41,930 nt of DNA, taken from the IMG/VR virus record IMGVR_UViG_3300031965_000068, positions 1-41,930 of that record, one strand, 5' to 3'. The notes under the pieces are model-generated. The model did not search any database. It had not been told where the DNA came from and saw only the letters and a list, made by a program, of their open reading frames with translations. The DNA comes from a virus (taxonomy: Duplodnaviria; Caudoviricetes). The position numbers were made by a program, and so were the translations under genes. Shown here piece by piece: positions 16,068 through 24,927 of the stretch; position 1 is the first letter of the stretch, and each line of letters starts with the position of its first letter.

Positions 16068-16207
16068 TGTGTCCGCATGGGGATCTGACGTGTCCCTGCC
16101 AGGACGGCGATCCCTGCCACTACGTCACCGTGGGTGACTCGCCGGCGATGCGTTGCCCCCGCTCGGGGGCGATCGACTGTCATTCCTGCCCTCCTGAGTC
16201 TCGGTAG
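16064..16207 (+). CDS. small Cys-rich protein
   Basis: CPH...CPCQDGDPCHY. Confidence 0.55.
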   Translation: MMCPHGDLTCPCQDGDPCHYVTVGDSPAMRCPRSGAIDCHSCPPESR

Positions 16208-16210
16208 CAT
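16195..16210 (+). promoter_or_regulatory. late-type promoter (portal)
   Basis: TGAG-TCTC-GGTAGCAT. Confidence 0.65.
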
Positions 16211-16284
16211 CCGCCGGAGCTCGCATAGCGACCCGGAAGGCATAGCCCGTGCAGGTGGGACGTCACCTCGCAGCCCGGAGCGGA

Positions 16285-18528
16285 ATGACCGCATCCGCCA
16301 CCCGACTGCGTATCCAGCAAGGCCAGATCGAGACCCCTCCGACGAGGGAATGGCAGAAGCAGAACTGGGCGGTCGCCCGTCGTGTCGGCGAGATCCGATA
16401 CACGATGGCGTTCCTCCGCTATGCGATCACCAAGGCCAGGTTCGGGGTCGCCCTCCGGGCCCGGTCCGGCGACGAGCCGGAGATGCTCGACGACGGACCC
16501 GCAGTCGAGCTCCTGGACCGGATCGACTCACGCTCGATCGGTCTGCCCTACCTGTTCGGGTCGTGGGGGATCCACTGGCAGACGGTCGGCGAGACCCACC
16601 TGCTCTGCCAGCACCCGGACTCCGAGGACGAGGTGTGGTCCCTTCGGTCCACCGAGGAAGTGCGCCGGCTAAACGCCCAGCAGCAGGTGTGGAACGGGGA
16701 TGCCTTCGAGTCTCTCGGCGAGGACGATCTGATCTGGCGGTCCTGGCGACCGGACGAGGAACGGGCCGACCTGCCCGACGCTCCCCTGACGTCGGTGCGG
16801 GAGGAAGCCGAGGATCTCCTGTTGCTGACCTCGCAGATCCGGGCGGCGAACCAGTCTCGGTTGAGCGCCGGAATGCTGCTCGTCCCCCAGGAGCTCACCA
16901 TCCTCCCCTTGCGGACCGACGACGACGACCAGGACCCGGAGCTGTTCGACAAGTGGGACGAGGACGCATTCTCGAAGAACCTCGCCACGGCCATGACTAC
17001 CCCGATCAAGGACGCCAAGTCGGCCCTGCGGGTGGTGCCGATCGTGATTCGCGGTCCGGGCGACCGCCTCGATCAACTGAGGTGGATCACCTTCGACCGT
17101 CCGATCGACGCCCAGGCGGCGGGGGAACGATCCGAGCTGATCTCCCGCATCGCCTCCGGGCTGGACATGCCTCAGTCGATCATCGAGGGCCGGGGCGACA
17201 TGAACCACTGGACCGCCTGGCTGGAGGACGAATCGACGTACAAGCAGCACATCGACCCAGTGCTGTTGGAGATGATGAACTCGTTCACCCGAGGGGTGTT
17301 CCAGCCACTACTCCGGGAGATGGGAGAGGCTCGCTGGCGGGACCTGATCGTGTGGCGGGATCTCTCGTCCCTGGTCCACCATCCCGACCGGCTACAGGAT
17401 GCGATCCTGCTGTACGACCGGAAGGAGCTGTCCGGGGAGGCGCTGCGCCGTATCGGTGGTTTCAACGACACCGACGTCCCCACCGAAGAAGAGATCGCCA
17501 AGCGGCGGGAAGCTCAGCCGGAGTCGCCGGACGACGGAGGCGCTGAGGACGGGGCAGAGGTGGACGAGGGCACTCCCGACTCCCCGAACCCCGCCCAGGC
17601 GGCTGCCACCATTCTCGGGCGACGTCGAAGGTTGACGACGGCCCGTGTCGCTTCGGCGGGGGAGACGATCCGCAGGCGGCAGACGATCGGCAGGCGGCTG
17701 GCGACGATCGACCTGTCCACCGTCACCCGGCTCACTCAGTTGTGGGACGACGCCGTGGATCGTGCGCTGGAGCGGGCGGGGGCTCGGGTACGGACCAAGT
17801 CCCGGAAGTTCACGACGATGCAGTCCCTGATCGACGGGGTGCCGAATCAGATGGTGGTACGGACGCTGGGCGACCAGTTCTCCCGGCTGGGCCTGGAAGA
17901 GGGCGACCTGATCGACGAGGACTCCTTCTCGGAGACGGTCGCCGCCACCGTGGTCATGCTCACCGCAGCCCGGAGGGCGGCCGCTGAGGAAGTGCTGGAG
18001 CTGGAGGACGTCGACGACCTGGACGACTGGGATGCCTGGAACGAGCAGGAGGGCCAGCGGGAAGCGGAGGCCGGCTCGGCTCTACTCGAGACGGCCATCA
18101 TCGCCTACGCCCTGTCCCGGCTATTCGGTCGGGACGGGGGCCGAGAGAACGTTCTGCGAGGCGAGGGCTCCCGGAGGAAGTTCCCCACCTCGGCGGTGTG
18201 GGCGGCCATGACCAGGGCCGGCGGCGGGACCGTCTCCACTCCCGACGTCGACCACGTCCGGGGGATCGGCAACGGGCCGTGGGTGCAGGAGCGGCTGCGC
18301 GAGGCCGGCTTTGTGACTGCCCGGAACCGCTGGATCTACGGCGACCCCGGCCTGCGGGAAACGAACTTCGATCCCCACCGGCGGATAGACGGAGTGCTGT
18401 TCCAGGGATGGGACGACCCCAGCCTCGCCACCCCGTCGGCTGGATCGTGGATCGGCGAGTCGTTCATGTATCCGGGCGACCACGCCGGGTGCCTCTGCAC
18501 CTGGGAGAGGGAGCTGATCGCCGAGTGA
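16285..18528 (+). CDS. portal protein with C-terminal MuF-like domain
   Basis: Position after terminase; GxLLVP, R.A.GLD.P, NHW.AW motifs; C-terminal YPGDH.GC.C. Confidence 0.8.
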   Translation: MTASATRLRIQQGQIETPPTREWQKQNWAVARRVGEIRYTMAFLRYAITKARFGVALRARSGDEPEMLDDGPAVELLDRIDSRSIGLPYLFGSWGIHWQTVGETHLLCQHPDSEDEVWSLRSTEEVRRLNAQQQVWNGDAFESLGEDDLIWRSWRPDEERADLPDAPLTSVREEAEDLLLLTSQIRAANQSRLSAGMLLVPQELTILPLRTDDDDQDPELFDKWDEDAFSKNLATAMTTPIKDAKSALRVVPIVIRGPGDRLDQLRWITFDRPIDAQAAGERSELISRIASGLDMPQSIIEGRGDMNHWTAWLEDESTYKQHIDPVLLEMMNSFTRGVFQPLLREMGEARWRDLIVWRDLSSLVHHPDRLQDAILLYDRKELSGEALRRIGGFNDTDVPTEEEIAKRREAQPESPDDGGAEDGAEVDEGTPDSPNPAQAAATILGRRRRLTTARVASAGETIRRRQTIGRRLATIDLSTVTRLTQLWDDAVDRALERAGARVRTKSRKFTTMQSLIDGVPNQMVVRTLGDQFSRLGLEEGDLIDEDSFSETVAATVVMLTAARRAAAEEVLELEDVDDLDDWDAWNEQEGQREAEAGSALLETAIIAYALSRLFGRDGGRENVLRGEGSRRKFPTSAVWAAMTRAGGGTVSTPDVDHVRGIGNGPWVQERLREAGFVTARNRWIYGDPGLRETNFDPHRRIDGVLFQGWDDPSLATPSAGSWIGESFMYPGDHAGCLCTWERELIAE

Positions 18529-18531
18529 TTG

Positions 18532-18547
18532 TGAGTGGCGGTACGCT
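18532..18547 (+). promoter_or_regulatory. late-type promoter (protease; leaderless)
   Basis: TGAG-TGGC-GGTACGCT, ATG 7 nt later. Confidence 0.7.
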
Positions 18548-18554
18548 TTCCGCC

Positions 18555-19769
18555 ATGGAGCCGTTCACGATTCAGGCGCTGGCGGCGCGCATCGTCGCTC
18601 AGTTCGCAGATGACGACGAGACCGAGACCCTGTATGTGGTCCGACTGGTCCCCGAGGGTGTGGAGACGGCCGACGGCCGGATCATGTTGGACGACTCCCT
18701 CGAGTTCCGATCCGACCGGATGCCAATGATGGGATTGGACCGGACTGACGAGCAGCACAAGGGGGCGGTGTTCGTCGGGAACCTGATCAACCCGCGGATG
18801 GAACAGATCGACGGGCATCGGTGGGCGGTCGCCGACCTGGAGTGGGACGTCGACGACGACGCCTCCGAGTTCCAGCGGATGGTCGACGAGGACCGGCTTC
18901 GCACCGTGTCGGTGGATGGAATCGACTACGACGTCGACGTGGTCGTGACCGAGCGGGACGAGGAAGGGTTCCCCATCGCGGCCCGATACGAGTTCTCCCG
19001 CTTCGTCATCGGCGGGGCGACCATCGTCCCGTTCCAGGCGATGGACGGCTCCGAGGTGGAGCGGGTCGCCTCCGGCACCACGATCGACTTGGCGCACCCT
19101 CCCGCCGCATGGTTCGAGCCTCCGACGGATGGGCCTCACCGGCTCCGGGTCACGGACGAGGGCCGGGTCTACGGATACGTCGGGACGTGGGACTCGTGTC
19201 ACATCGGCGGGCCCGCCAACGTGTGCCTGACCCCGCCCCGCTCGCTCACCGACTACGCCTACTTCCTGACCGGCACCCTGCAGACGGCAGAGGGCGACGA
19301 GATCCCGGTGGGACAGTTGACGATGGACGCTGATCACGCCTCGCTGCGCATATCCGCCGCCTCGGCCACGGCGCACTACTCCAACACGGCGATGGCCGCT
19401 GCCGACGTCACGATCGGTGAGAACGAGCATGGCATATGGGTGGCGGGCGCCCTTCGCCCTGGGCTGTCTGACGCTCAGATCCGGGCCTTCCGGGCCTCGA
19501 CCCCGTCGGGCGACTGGCGGAAGCTCCGGGGCAACCTGGAGATGGTGGCCTGCCTGATGGTGAACACCCCGGGTCATGCACCCCCGACCGAGGCTCGGGT
19601 GGCCGACGGCGAGATGCTGGCCCTGGTGGCCTCGGCGGTCATGGTGGAAGATGATGTCCCTGAGCTTCCCCAACTGGCGGACCTGTTCGCCGAGATCCGG
19701 GAGCTGGTCGCAGAGCTGCGAATGCCCCGCCTGCAGGAGAAGGCCGACACCCTGGCCGACGTGGAGTAA
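18555..19769 (+). CDS. capsid maturation protease
   Basis: Between portal and capsid; GRVYG...CHIG...HA...HY.NT...GIWVAG...SGDWR. Confidence 0.75.
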   Translation: MEPFTIQALAARIVAQFADDDETETLYVVRLVPEGVETADGRIMLDDSLEFRSDRMPMMGLDRTDEQHKGAVFVGNLINPRMEQIDGHRWAVADLEWDVDDDASEFQRMVDEDRLRTVSVDGIDYDVDVVVTERDEEGFPIAARYEFSRFVIGGATIVPFQAMDGSEVERVASGTTIDLAHPPAAWFEPPTDGPHRLRVTDEGRVYGYVGTWDSCHIGGPANVCLTPPRSLTDYAYFLTGTLQTAEGDEIPVGQLTMDADHASLRISAASATAHYSNTAMAAADVTIGENEHGIWVAGALRPGLSDAQIRAFRASTPSGDWRKLRGNLEMVACLMVNTPGHAPPTEARVADGEMLALVASAVMVEDDVPELPQLADLFAEIRELVAELRMPRLQEKADTLADVE

Positions 19770-19800
19770 TCTGGCCTCTGACCGGATCCATCTACCAGTC

Positions 19801-19842
19801 CGCAGAAAGCCCCCTACCCCCGTTCGGGGCTTTCTGCGTTTC
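19801..19842 (+). terminator. intrinsic terminator
   Basis: CGCAGAAAGCCCC/GGGGCTTTCTGCG followed by TTTC. Confidence 0.75.
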
Positions 19843-19858
19843 TGAGTAGCGGTACGGT
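19843..19858 (+). promoter_or_regulatory. late-type promoter (major capsid)
   Basis: TGAG-TAGC-GGTACGGT. Confidence 0.7.
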
Positions 19859-19931
19859 TCCGACAGACCAAGGGTGAGCGCATAGCGCCGGCAGGGTCGC
19901 ATCCATTCCGTTCTGACCAGGAGACCATGAG

Positions 19932-21581
19932 ATGAACCCCGAAGAGATCCTCGAAGCCCTCGCAGCCGAGAGTATCGACATTGCCGACCTCACCGTCGAA
20001 CAGCTCCAGGAGCTACGGACCCACCTCCGGGCCGGCCTCCAGGAGATGCGGGGCGAACTCGACGAAGCCGAGGATCGTGCCGCCCACCTCGAGCAGATGC
20101 AGGCGCATCGGACCCTGTACGACGCGGTTGCGGCCCAGCTCGCCACCGCCACCGAGCAGGCCGAGACGCTGGAGCAGACCGCCGATGCCCTGGCTTCCTT
20201 CGACGACACCCCCGAGGAAGAATCGACCGAAGAGACGGAGGAAGAAGAGCCCGCCGACGAGTCGATGGAAGAGGAAGAAGAGCCGGCCCGAACGGCTTCC
20301 CTCTCCGAGCTCGCCCGCCGGCGCTCCCGCCGGTCCGGTACCTCGACCGAGGTCCGGGACGAGGTGGAGCCGCTCAACCCAATCGAGGCGCTCCCCGGCC
20401 TCAACTCGTTCTCGGTGGGACACCGATTCGAGTCGGCGCTGGCCGTCGCCTCCGCCATGGCAGATCGCTACGGGCAGATCGCTCCCAAGCCCGGGCAGAA
20501 GGTGGACTACGCCCGCTTCGCGGTGGGCCGGTCCCGGCAGGAGCATCGATTCAACCTGACGGACTCGGCGGAAGAGAACCACCGCACCCTGCGAGAGCTC
20601 AACGAGATCCTGCGGGAGACGGACAACGCCCGAGTGGCATCGGGTGGTCCCTGCGCCCCGGCCGAGGTCATGTACGACTTCTACCGGATCGACACCCGGT
20701 CGGGTGTCCTGACCCTGCCGACGGTGGGTCTCCCCCGTGGTCGGGTCCAGTTGCCGACCTCCCCCTCGATTCAGGACGTGCTGGGTCAGACGGGGATCGC
20801 CACCGAGTGGACGATCGAGAACGACACCGACCCGTCGGATCCGGCAACCAAGCCGTGTATCACCGTCACCTGTCCCGAGTTCGGGACGTTCCAGGTGTCG
20901 GCGTGGGTGACGTGCCGTCAGTACGGCAACTTCGGCGCCCGGTTCTACCCGGAGAACGTGGCGAACTTCGACTCGCTCACCCTGGTCGCCCACGATCACG
21001 ACGTGTCTGCCGCCCTGATTGCAGACGTGGTGGCCCTCGCCACCGCCCATGTGGTCGGCGGGAACGGCGGAGGCGCATGGACCGAGTTCACCGACGCCCT
21101 GTCCTTCGAGTCGACGTGGTATCGGTCGAAGTACCGGATGGACCCCTCGGCCCGTCTGGAAGTCCTCGCTCCCCTGTGGGTGCGAGCGGCCGTCGCCCAG
21201 GACATCATCAACCGCAACTCGACGGTGTCGTTCGCCAACGCCCTCCAGCAGGTCGATGCCTGGCTGGCGGCGGCGAACCTGTCGGTGCAGTGGCTGTACA
21301 ACTGGCAGAACATCGAGGACTCGGGCATCTGGCCCGCCGATGCGGACTTCGTGCTGTTCGCCCCTGGAACCTTCCTGCGGGCAGACGCCGGCACTCTCGA
21401 CCTCGGTGTGGTGCGCGACTCGACCCTCAACTCCACGAACGACTACCAGAACTTCGTGGAGACGTTCGAGGGGATCGTCATGCCGGGCCATGAGGCTCTG
21501 TCCATCACCGGAGTCCCGACGTGCCCGACGGGTAACGCCGCCGGCTACCGGGTCGACGAGCTGGTCTGCGCCGCCTCGTAA
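19932..21581 (+). CDS. major capsid protein (hexamer-type) with acidic N-terminal scaffold region
   Basis: Acidic coiled coil; ASGG.CAP.E..YD; LDLGVVRDSTLN.TNDY..F.E.FE. Confidence 0.85.
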   Translation: MNPEEILEALAAESIDIADLTVEQLQELRTHLRAGLQEMRGELDEAEDRAAHLEQMQAHRTLYDAVAAQLATATEQAETLEQTADALASFDDTPEEESTEETEEEEPADESMEEEEEPARTASLSELARRRSRRSGTSTEVRDEVEPLNPIEALPGLNSFSVGHRFESALAVASAMADRYGQIAPKPGQKVDYARFAVGRSRQEHRFNLTDSAEENHRTLRELNEILRETDNARVASGGPCAPAEVMYDFYRIDTRSGVLTLPTVGLPRGRVQLPTSPSIQDVLGQTGIATEWTIENDTDPSDPATKPCITVTCPEFGTFQVSAWVTCRQYGNFGARFYPENVANFDSLTLVAHDHDVSAALIADVVALATAHVVGGNGGGAWTEFTDALSFESTWYRSKYRMDPSARLEVLAPLWVRAAVAQDIINRNSTVSFANALQQVDAWLAAANLSVQWLYNWQNIEDSGIWPADADFVLFAPGTFLRADAGTLDLGVVRDSTLNSTNDYQNFVETFEGIVMPGHEALSITGVPTCPTGNAAGYRVDELVCAAS

Positions 21582-21607
21582 CTCGAGCCACAAGCGGAGC
21601 GGAGCGG

Positions 21608-22225
21608 ATGAAGGGGGCTGCCTACGGGTGGCCCCCTTCCCGCGTGGTGGTGGGCGGCACAGGCAGGTCGGGGACCGGGTTCCTGGCGGGGGTGCTCTCG
21701 GCCAACGGGATCCCCACCGGCCACGAGCGGGTGATCACCCCGGCGGTTGCCTGCGGGTTCGCCCAACCGGTATGGGACGTGCGGGTGGACGTGTCATGGA
21801 TGGCGGTCTACCGACACCGACCTCGAGCACTGATCCTGAGAGATCCATGGGAGGTAGCGGCGTCCTTCGTGGGGATCGGGTTCTTCGACTGGTCCCGAAT
21901 CGATCAGGGGAAGCATCGGGCGGTAGTGGCGATGCACACGCCGGAGGTTCTGGACGGGAAGACGCCGGCAGAGCGGGCGGTGCTGCATGTGGTGGCCTCG
22001 ACTCGGCGGGGCCTCGATAGCGCAGAGCGGGTGATCCGGGTGGAGCGTCTGTCGGTCGATGACGTTCGTATCATCGGGGAGTGGGCCGGGGTTCCGGTTT
22101 CGGCCCCTCACCTGAGAGGCGGGGATCGGAACCGTAGAGGATCGAAGCCGAGTGCCGAGGTGGTTCGATCGGCCGTCTCCGACCGGCTGGTCGCCATGGT
22201 GGATGCCCTCTACCCAACTACTTGA
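21608..22225 (+). CDS. sulfotransferase-like protein
   Basis: GTGRSGT (5'-PSB loop); ILRDP...S (3'-PB). Confidence 0.65.
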   Translation: MKGAAYGWPPSRVVVGGTGRSGTGFLAGVLSANGIPTGHERVITPAVACGFAQPVWDVRVDVSWMAVYRHRPRALILRDPWEVAASFVGIGFFDWSRIDQGKHRAVVAMHTPEVLDGKTPAERAVLHVVASTRRGLDSAERVIRVERLSVDDVRIIGEWAGVPVSAPHLRGGDRNRRGSKPSAEVVRSAVSDRLVAMVDALYPTT

Positions 22226-22285
22226 CGCCAGGCGAGCAACGTGCCATGATTGTGGTGTAGGGCAACAGCAACGAAAGGAGCCCTG
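22217..22285 (+). promoter_or_regulatory. early-type promoter/leader cassette copy 5
   Basis: ACTAC-TTGACG-17nt-CATGAT-6nt-GTAGGG...AAAGGAG. Confidence 0.8.
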
Positions 22286-22501
22286 ATGGCAGTCCTGATC
22301 GAATGCTCCGAGTGCGGCGATCTGCATTTCGACCCGATGGCCAGGGAGTATGAGCCGTGCCCGATCCGAGATTGCCCTTGCCCTTACCCGGAGCCTGAGC
22401 CGGATTACGAGCGGATCATCGAGGAACGCCGGGAAGCGGGGAAGCCTTGGTACGCCGATGATCCGTACTACGACGGCACGCCACACCGAGGGAGGCCTTG
22501 A
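22286..22501 (+). CDS. small Zn-binding protein
   Basis: CSEC...CPIRDCPC. Confidence 0.65.
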   Translation: MAVLIECSECGDLHFDPMAREYEPCPIRDCPCPYPEPEPDYERIIEERREAGKPWYADDPYYDGTPHRGRP

Positions 22502-22502
22502 G

Positions 22503-22712
22503 ATGGTCGAGTGGGAGAAGGTCAAGAAGATCGAGCCGGCCCACCTCGGGCTACCCCTCTGCCAGTCGGAACGGCCCATGTCCGAGCCAGCGGGCTGGGT
22601 CTGGCGCTGCACCCGGGCAATCCGACACGGGGGCACGCACATCGCCCACGACCTGCAGCGCCGGGTACAGGCGGCATGGGAACCCGACGACGAGAAAGCG
22701 ACGGAACTCTGA
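22503..22712 (+). CDS. hypothetical protein
   Basis: SD GGAGG; C...CTR...H.G.H. Confidence 0.6.
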   Translation: MVEWEKVKKIEPAHLGLPLCQSERPMSEPAGWVWRCTRAIRHGGTHIAHDLQRRVQAAWEPDDEKATEL

Positions 22713-22900
22713 TGGCGATTGTGGAACTGACCGGGGTGGTCCCGGTGTACGTTGAGGTGAACACCAAGACGGGCGAGGTGGTTCGGGTCGTTGTCGATGA
22801 CGCGACGGTCCGGCTGAACGACCCGGAGAATGAGAAAGAGAAGGCAGCTCGGGCGATCGCCGACCTCGCTCTGTGGCCCTCCTGGGAGTTCGGATGGTGA
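22712..22900 (+). CDS. hypothetical protein
   Basis: TGATG coupling. Confidence 0.6.
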   Translation: MAIVELTGVVPVYVEVNTKTGEVVRVVVDDATVRLNDPENEKEKAARAIADLALWPSWEFGW

Positions 22901-23793
22901 AGTGGGTCAACCTCGACTGCACTCACCCCGAGGTCCGGCATGAACACGGGACGTATGTCTGCTACGTCCAGGACGGATGCCGGTGCGATCCATGCCGGGA
23001 GGCCCGGCGTGCCCGGCGTCGACAGTGGGAACTCGAGCGAGTCGGCCTGCGCCCTTCGTCTTTCGTGGACGCATCGGAGGCTCGAGCCATTGCCGAGCGC
23101 CTGGCCGAAGCGGGGATCTCCCTCAAGCACCTGGCTCGAGCGACCGACCTGAGTCACGGCTCCCTGTCGAGGCTGATCTACGGATGGAGGGATGTCGGTC
23201 CATCCCGGAAGGTGGCCCGTCGGACCCTCGACCGGTTGCGTCGGGCAGAAGCCGACTTCCACGACGAGTTCCTGGTCCTCCCCGACGGCGTGCCGATTCC
23301 GGCAGACGAGGCCAAGCTGATCGTGACAGAGCTGGTGGCTCGAGGGTGGTCCAAGAGAGCGATCGCCTCGCACGTCGCCGGAGAACCTCGGGGGGCGCTG
23401 CAGTTGTTCAAGGGCTCGGCGGAGGGGACCTTGGCAGGCACTCTCCGCCGGCTTCGGGAGGCGATGTGTATGGAGGTGCCGATGCGAGTCCACAGTCCCA
23501 CCGGCAGGCTGTACCAACCGAAGGGCCGGCTACCTCGGGAGGTCCCTCGACTCACCCCGCACGTCGGCGGTCCCGAGTTCCGCAAGGTGACGGCCGCTGA
23601 CCGGGTCCTGGACCTGCTGGACGCCGAGGGGGGCTGGGTCTCAGAGCTGGAGCTATTGGACCGGCTCAACGCTTCCGAGTCGGCCGTCTCGCAGGCGCTG
23701 CGCCGCCTGGTATCCGCAGGCCTGCTGGAGTCACGGACGGGACCAATGTCCTTCCGTCTGAGAAATCCTGCACTACTACTTGACGCGGGTTGA
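22894..23793 (+). CDS. multi-domain DNA-binding protein (HGT-CRC-C Zn motif, HTH, winged HTH)
   Basis: HGT...Y...GCRCDPCR; ISLKHLARATDLSHGSLSRL; ELLDRLNASESAVSQALRRL. Confidence 0.75.
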   Translation: MVKWVNLDCTHPEVRHEHGTYVCYVQDGCRCDPCREARRARRRQWELERVGLRPSSFVDASEARAIAERLAEAGISLKHLARATDLSHGSLSRLIYGWRDVGPSRKVARRTLDRLRRAEADFHDEFLVLPDGVPIPADEAKLIVTELVARGWSKRAIASHVAGEPRGALQLFKGSAEGTLAGTLRRLREAMCMEVPMRVHSPTGRLYQPKGRLPREVPRLTPHVGGPEFRKVTAADRVLDLLDAEGGWVSELELLDRLNASESAVSQALRRLVSAGLLESRTGPMSFRLRNPALLLDAG

Positions 23794-23847
23794 TCCGTCT
23801 GCCAAGATGATGTTGTAGGGCAACGGCAACACGGAAGGAGCCCCGCA
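23775..23847 (+). promoter_or_regulatory. early-type promoter/leader cassette copy 6
   Basis: ACTAC-TTGACG-17nt-CAAGAT-6nt-GTAGGG...GAAGGAG. Confidence 0.8.
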
Positions 23848-24051
23848 ATGTTCCAGGTAGTCAGCACAGAGACCGGCGAGATCTTCGCCACGACCGAGAC
23901 CTTGGACGAGGCAGTCGCCGAGATGCATCGCCAGTTCCCGGTCGTCACCCCGTGGGACGGGATCGAGGTCCCGGTCGCAGTTCGCAAGGTCGGCTACACG
24001 CCCTCCCGCAAAGTCCAGCAGTTCCGGCGCACGATTCGGAAGGAGTCCTGA
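23848..24051 (+). CDS. hypothetical protein
   Basis: Strong SD from cassette. Confidence 0.7.
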   Translation: MFQVVSTETGEIFATTETLDEAVAEMHRQFPVVTPWDGIEVPVAVRKVGYTPSRKVQQFRRTIRKES

Positions 24052-24052
24052 C

Positions 24053-24376
24053 ATGGCCTCCAACCGCTTCGCCAAGTTCTCCGAGATCTACGACGGCAAC
24101 CCCTCCGACCCCCGGGCCAGCGTCCTGTGGGACGCCGACCACCAGGTCGACGAACTGGCCGGCCAACTCGAGCGTGAGTTGGTTCGCCTCCAGGACAAGG
24201 CCGCTCGGGTCCTGGACATTCTCGGCACCAACGAAGCCGAGGAAGCCGAGCCCTCGTACATGCTCAACGAACTGGGCGAGTTCCAGGGGATCGATCCCGA
24301 CAAGACCATCTCCGCTCTGCATACTGCGGTCCAGTACCGTCAGACGATCGCACGGCTGATCGAGAAGGGTGCCTGA
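24053..24376 (+). CDS. hypothetical protein
   Basis: SD GAAGGAG. Confidence 0.7.
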   Translation: MASNRFAKFSEIYDGNPSDPRASVLWDADHQVDELAGQLERELVRLQDKAARVLDILGTNEAEEAEPSYMLNELGEFQGIDPDKTISALHTAVQYRQTIARLIEKGA

Positions 24377-24400
24377 GCCCGTCACAGCCCCCACAAGCTC

Positions 24401-24445
24401 CGAACCCCCGCCAGGCCCTCCCAGCCCCCACTCGGCGGGGGTTCG
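24401..24445 (+). terminator. 12-bp hairpin, probable terminator
   Basis: CGAACCCCCGCC/GGCGGGGGTTCG. Confidence 0.6.
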
Positions 24446-24536
24446 GTCGTTCCTGGGACGAATGGTGGGGTCTCCTGCCACGCTGGCCGCTATCACCCTG
24501 GTAGGGTTTCGCTACCACGACAGAAGGAATAGGGCT

Positions 24537-24899
24537 GTGGTCGATATCCCGTCCCCCACCACCGAGCAGGCGCGCACCGAGGCGATCGTGTCCTCGCTGG
24601 TCAATCATCCCCCGGTGGACGATCGGATCGTGCAGCGGTTCGAGGTCATCCGAGGGGCTGCGATCGAGCTCGCCCATGAGATCCTGCTGCAGGCGCCTAA
24701 CTGCCGGGAGCGCTCGACGGCCCTATCCCGTCTCGAGGAAACCGTCATGTGGTCGATCAAGGCGATCGCTCTGCACCAGGCGGCGATCCTGAATGCCGAA
24801 GGGCTCCACGCCGGCTGTCATGAGATCCCGTCGACGGACTTCTCCGATCGGGCCTGGGAGGTCAACTCCGACTGCAGTCTGCCGCACCCGGTCGGCTGA
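24537..24899 (+). CDS. Acb2/Tad1-like helical hairpin protein (putative nucleotide-signal sponge)
   Basis: H.P...IR...[23 protein letters not shown]. Confidence 0.6.
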   Translation: MVDIPSPTTEQARTEAIVSSLVNHPPVDDRIVQRFEVIRGAAIELAHEILLQAPNCRERSTALSRLEETVMWSIKAIALHQAAILNAEGLHAGCHEIPSTDFSDRAWEVNSDCSLPHPVG

Positions 24900-24927
24900 T
24901 GCGCACCGACGTGATGGGTGCGGCCTG

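Noticed and set aside
2888-23847. CRISPR array or IS ends from the ACTACTTGACGC repeat
   Set aside because: Dispersed kb apart with promoter geometry; no regular spacers, cas or transposase genes
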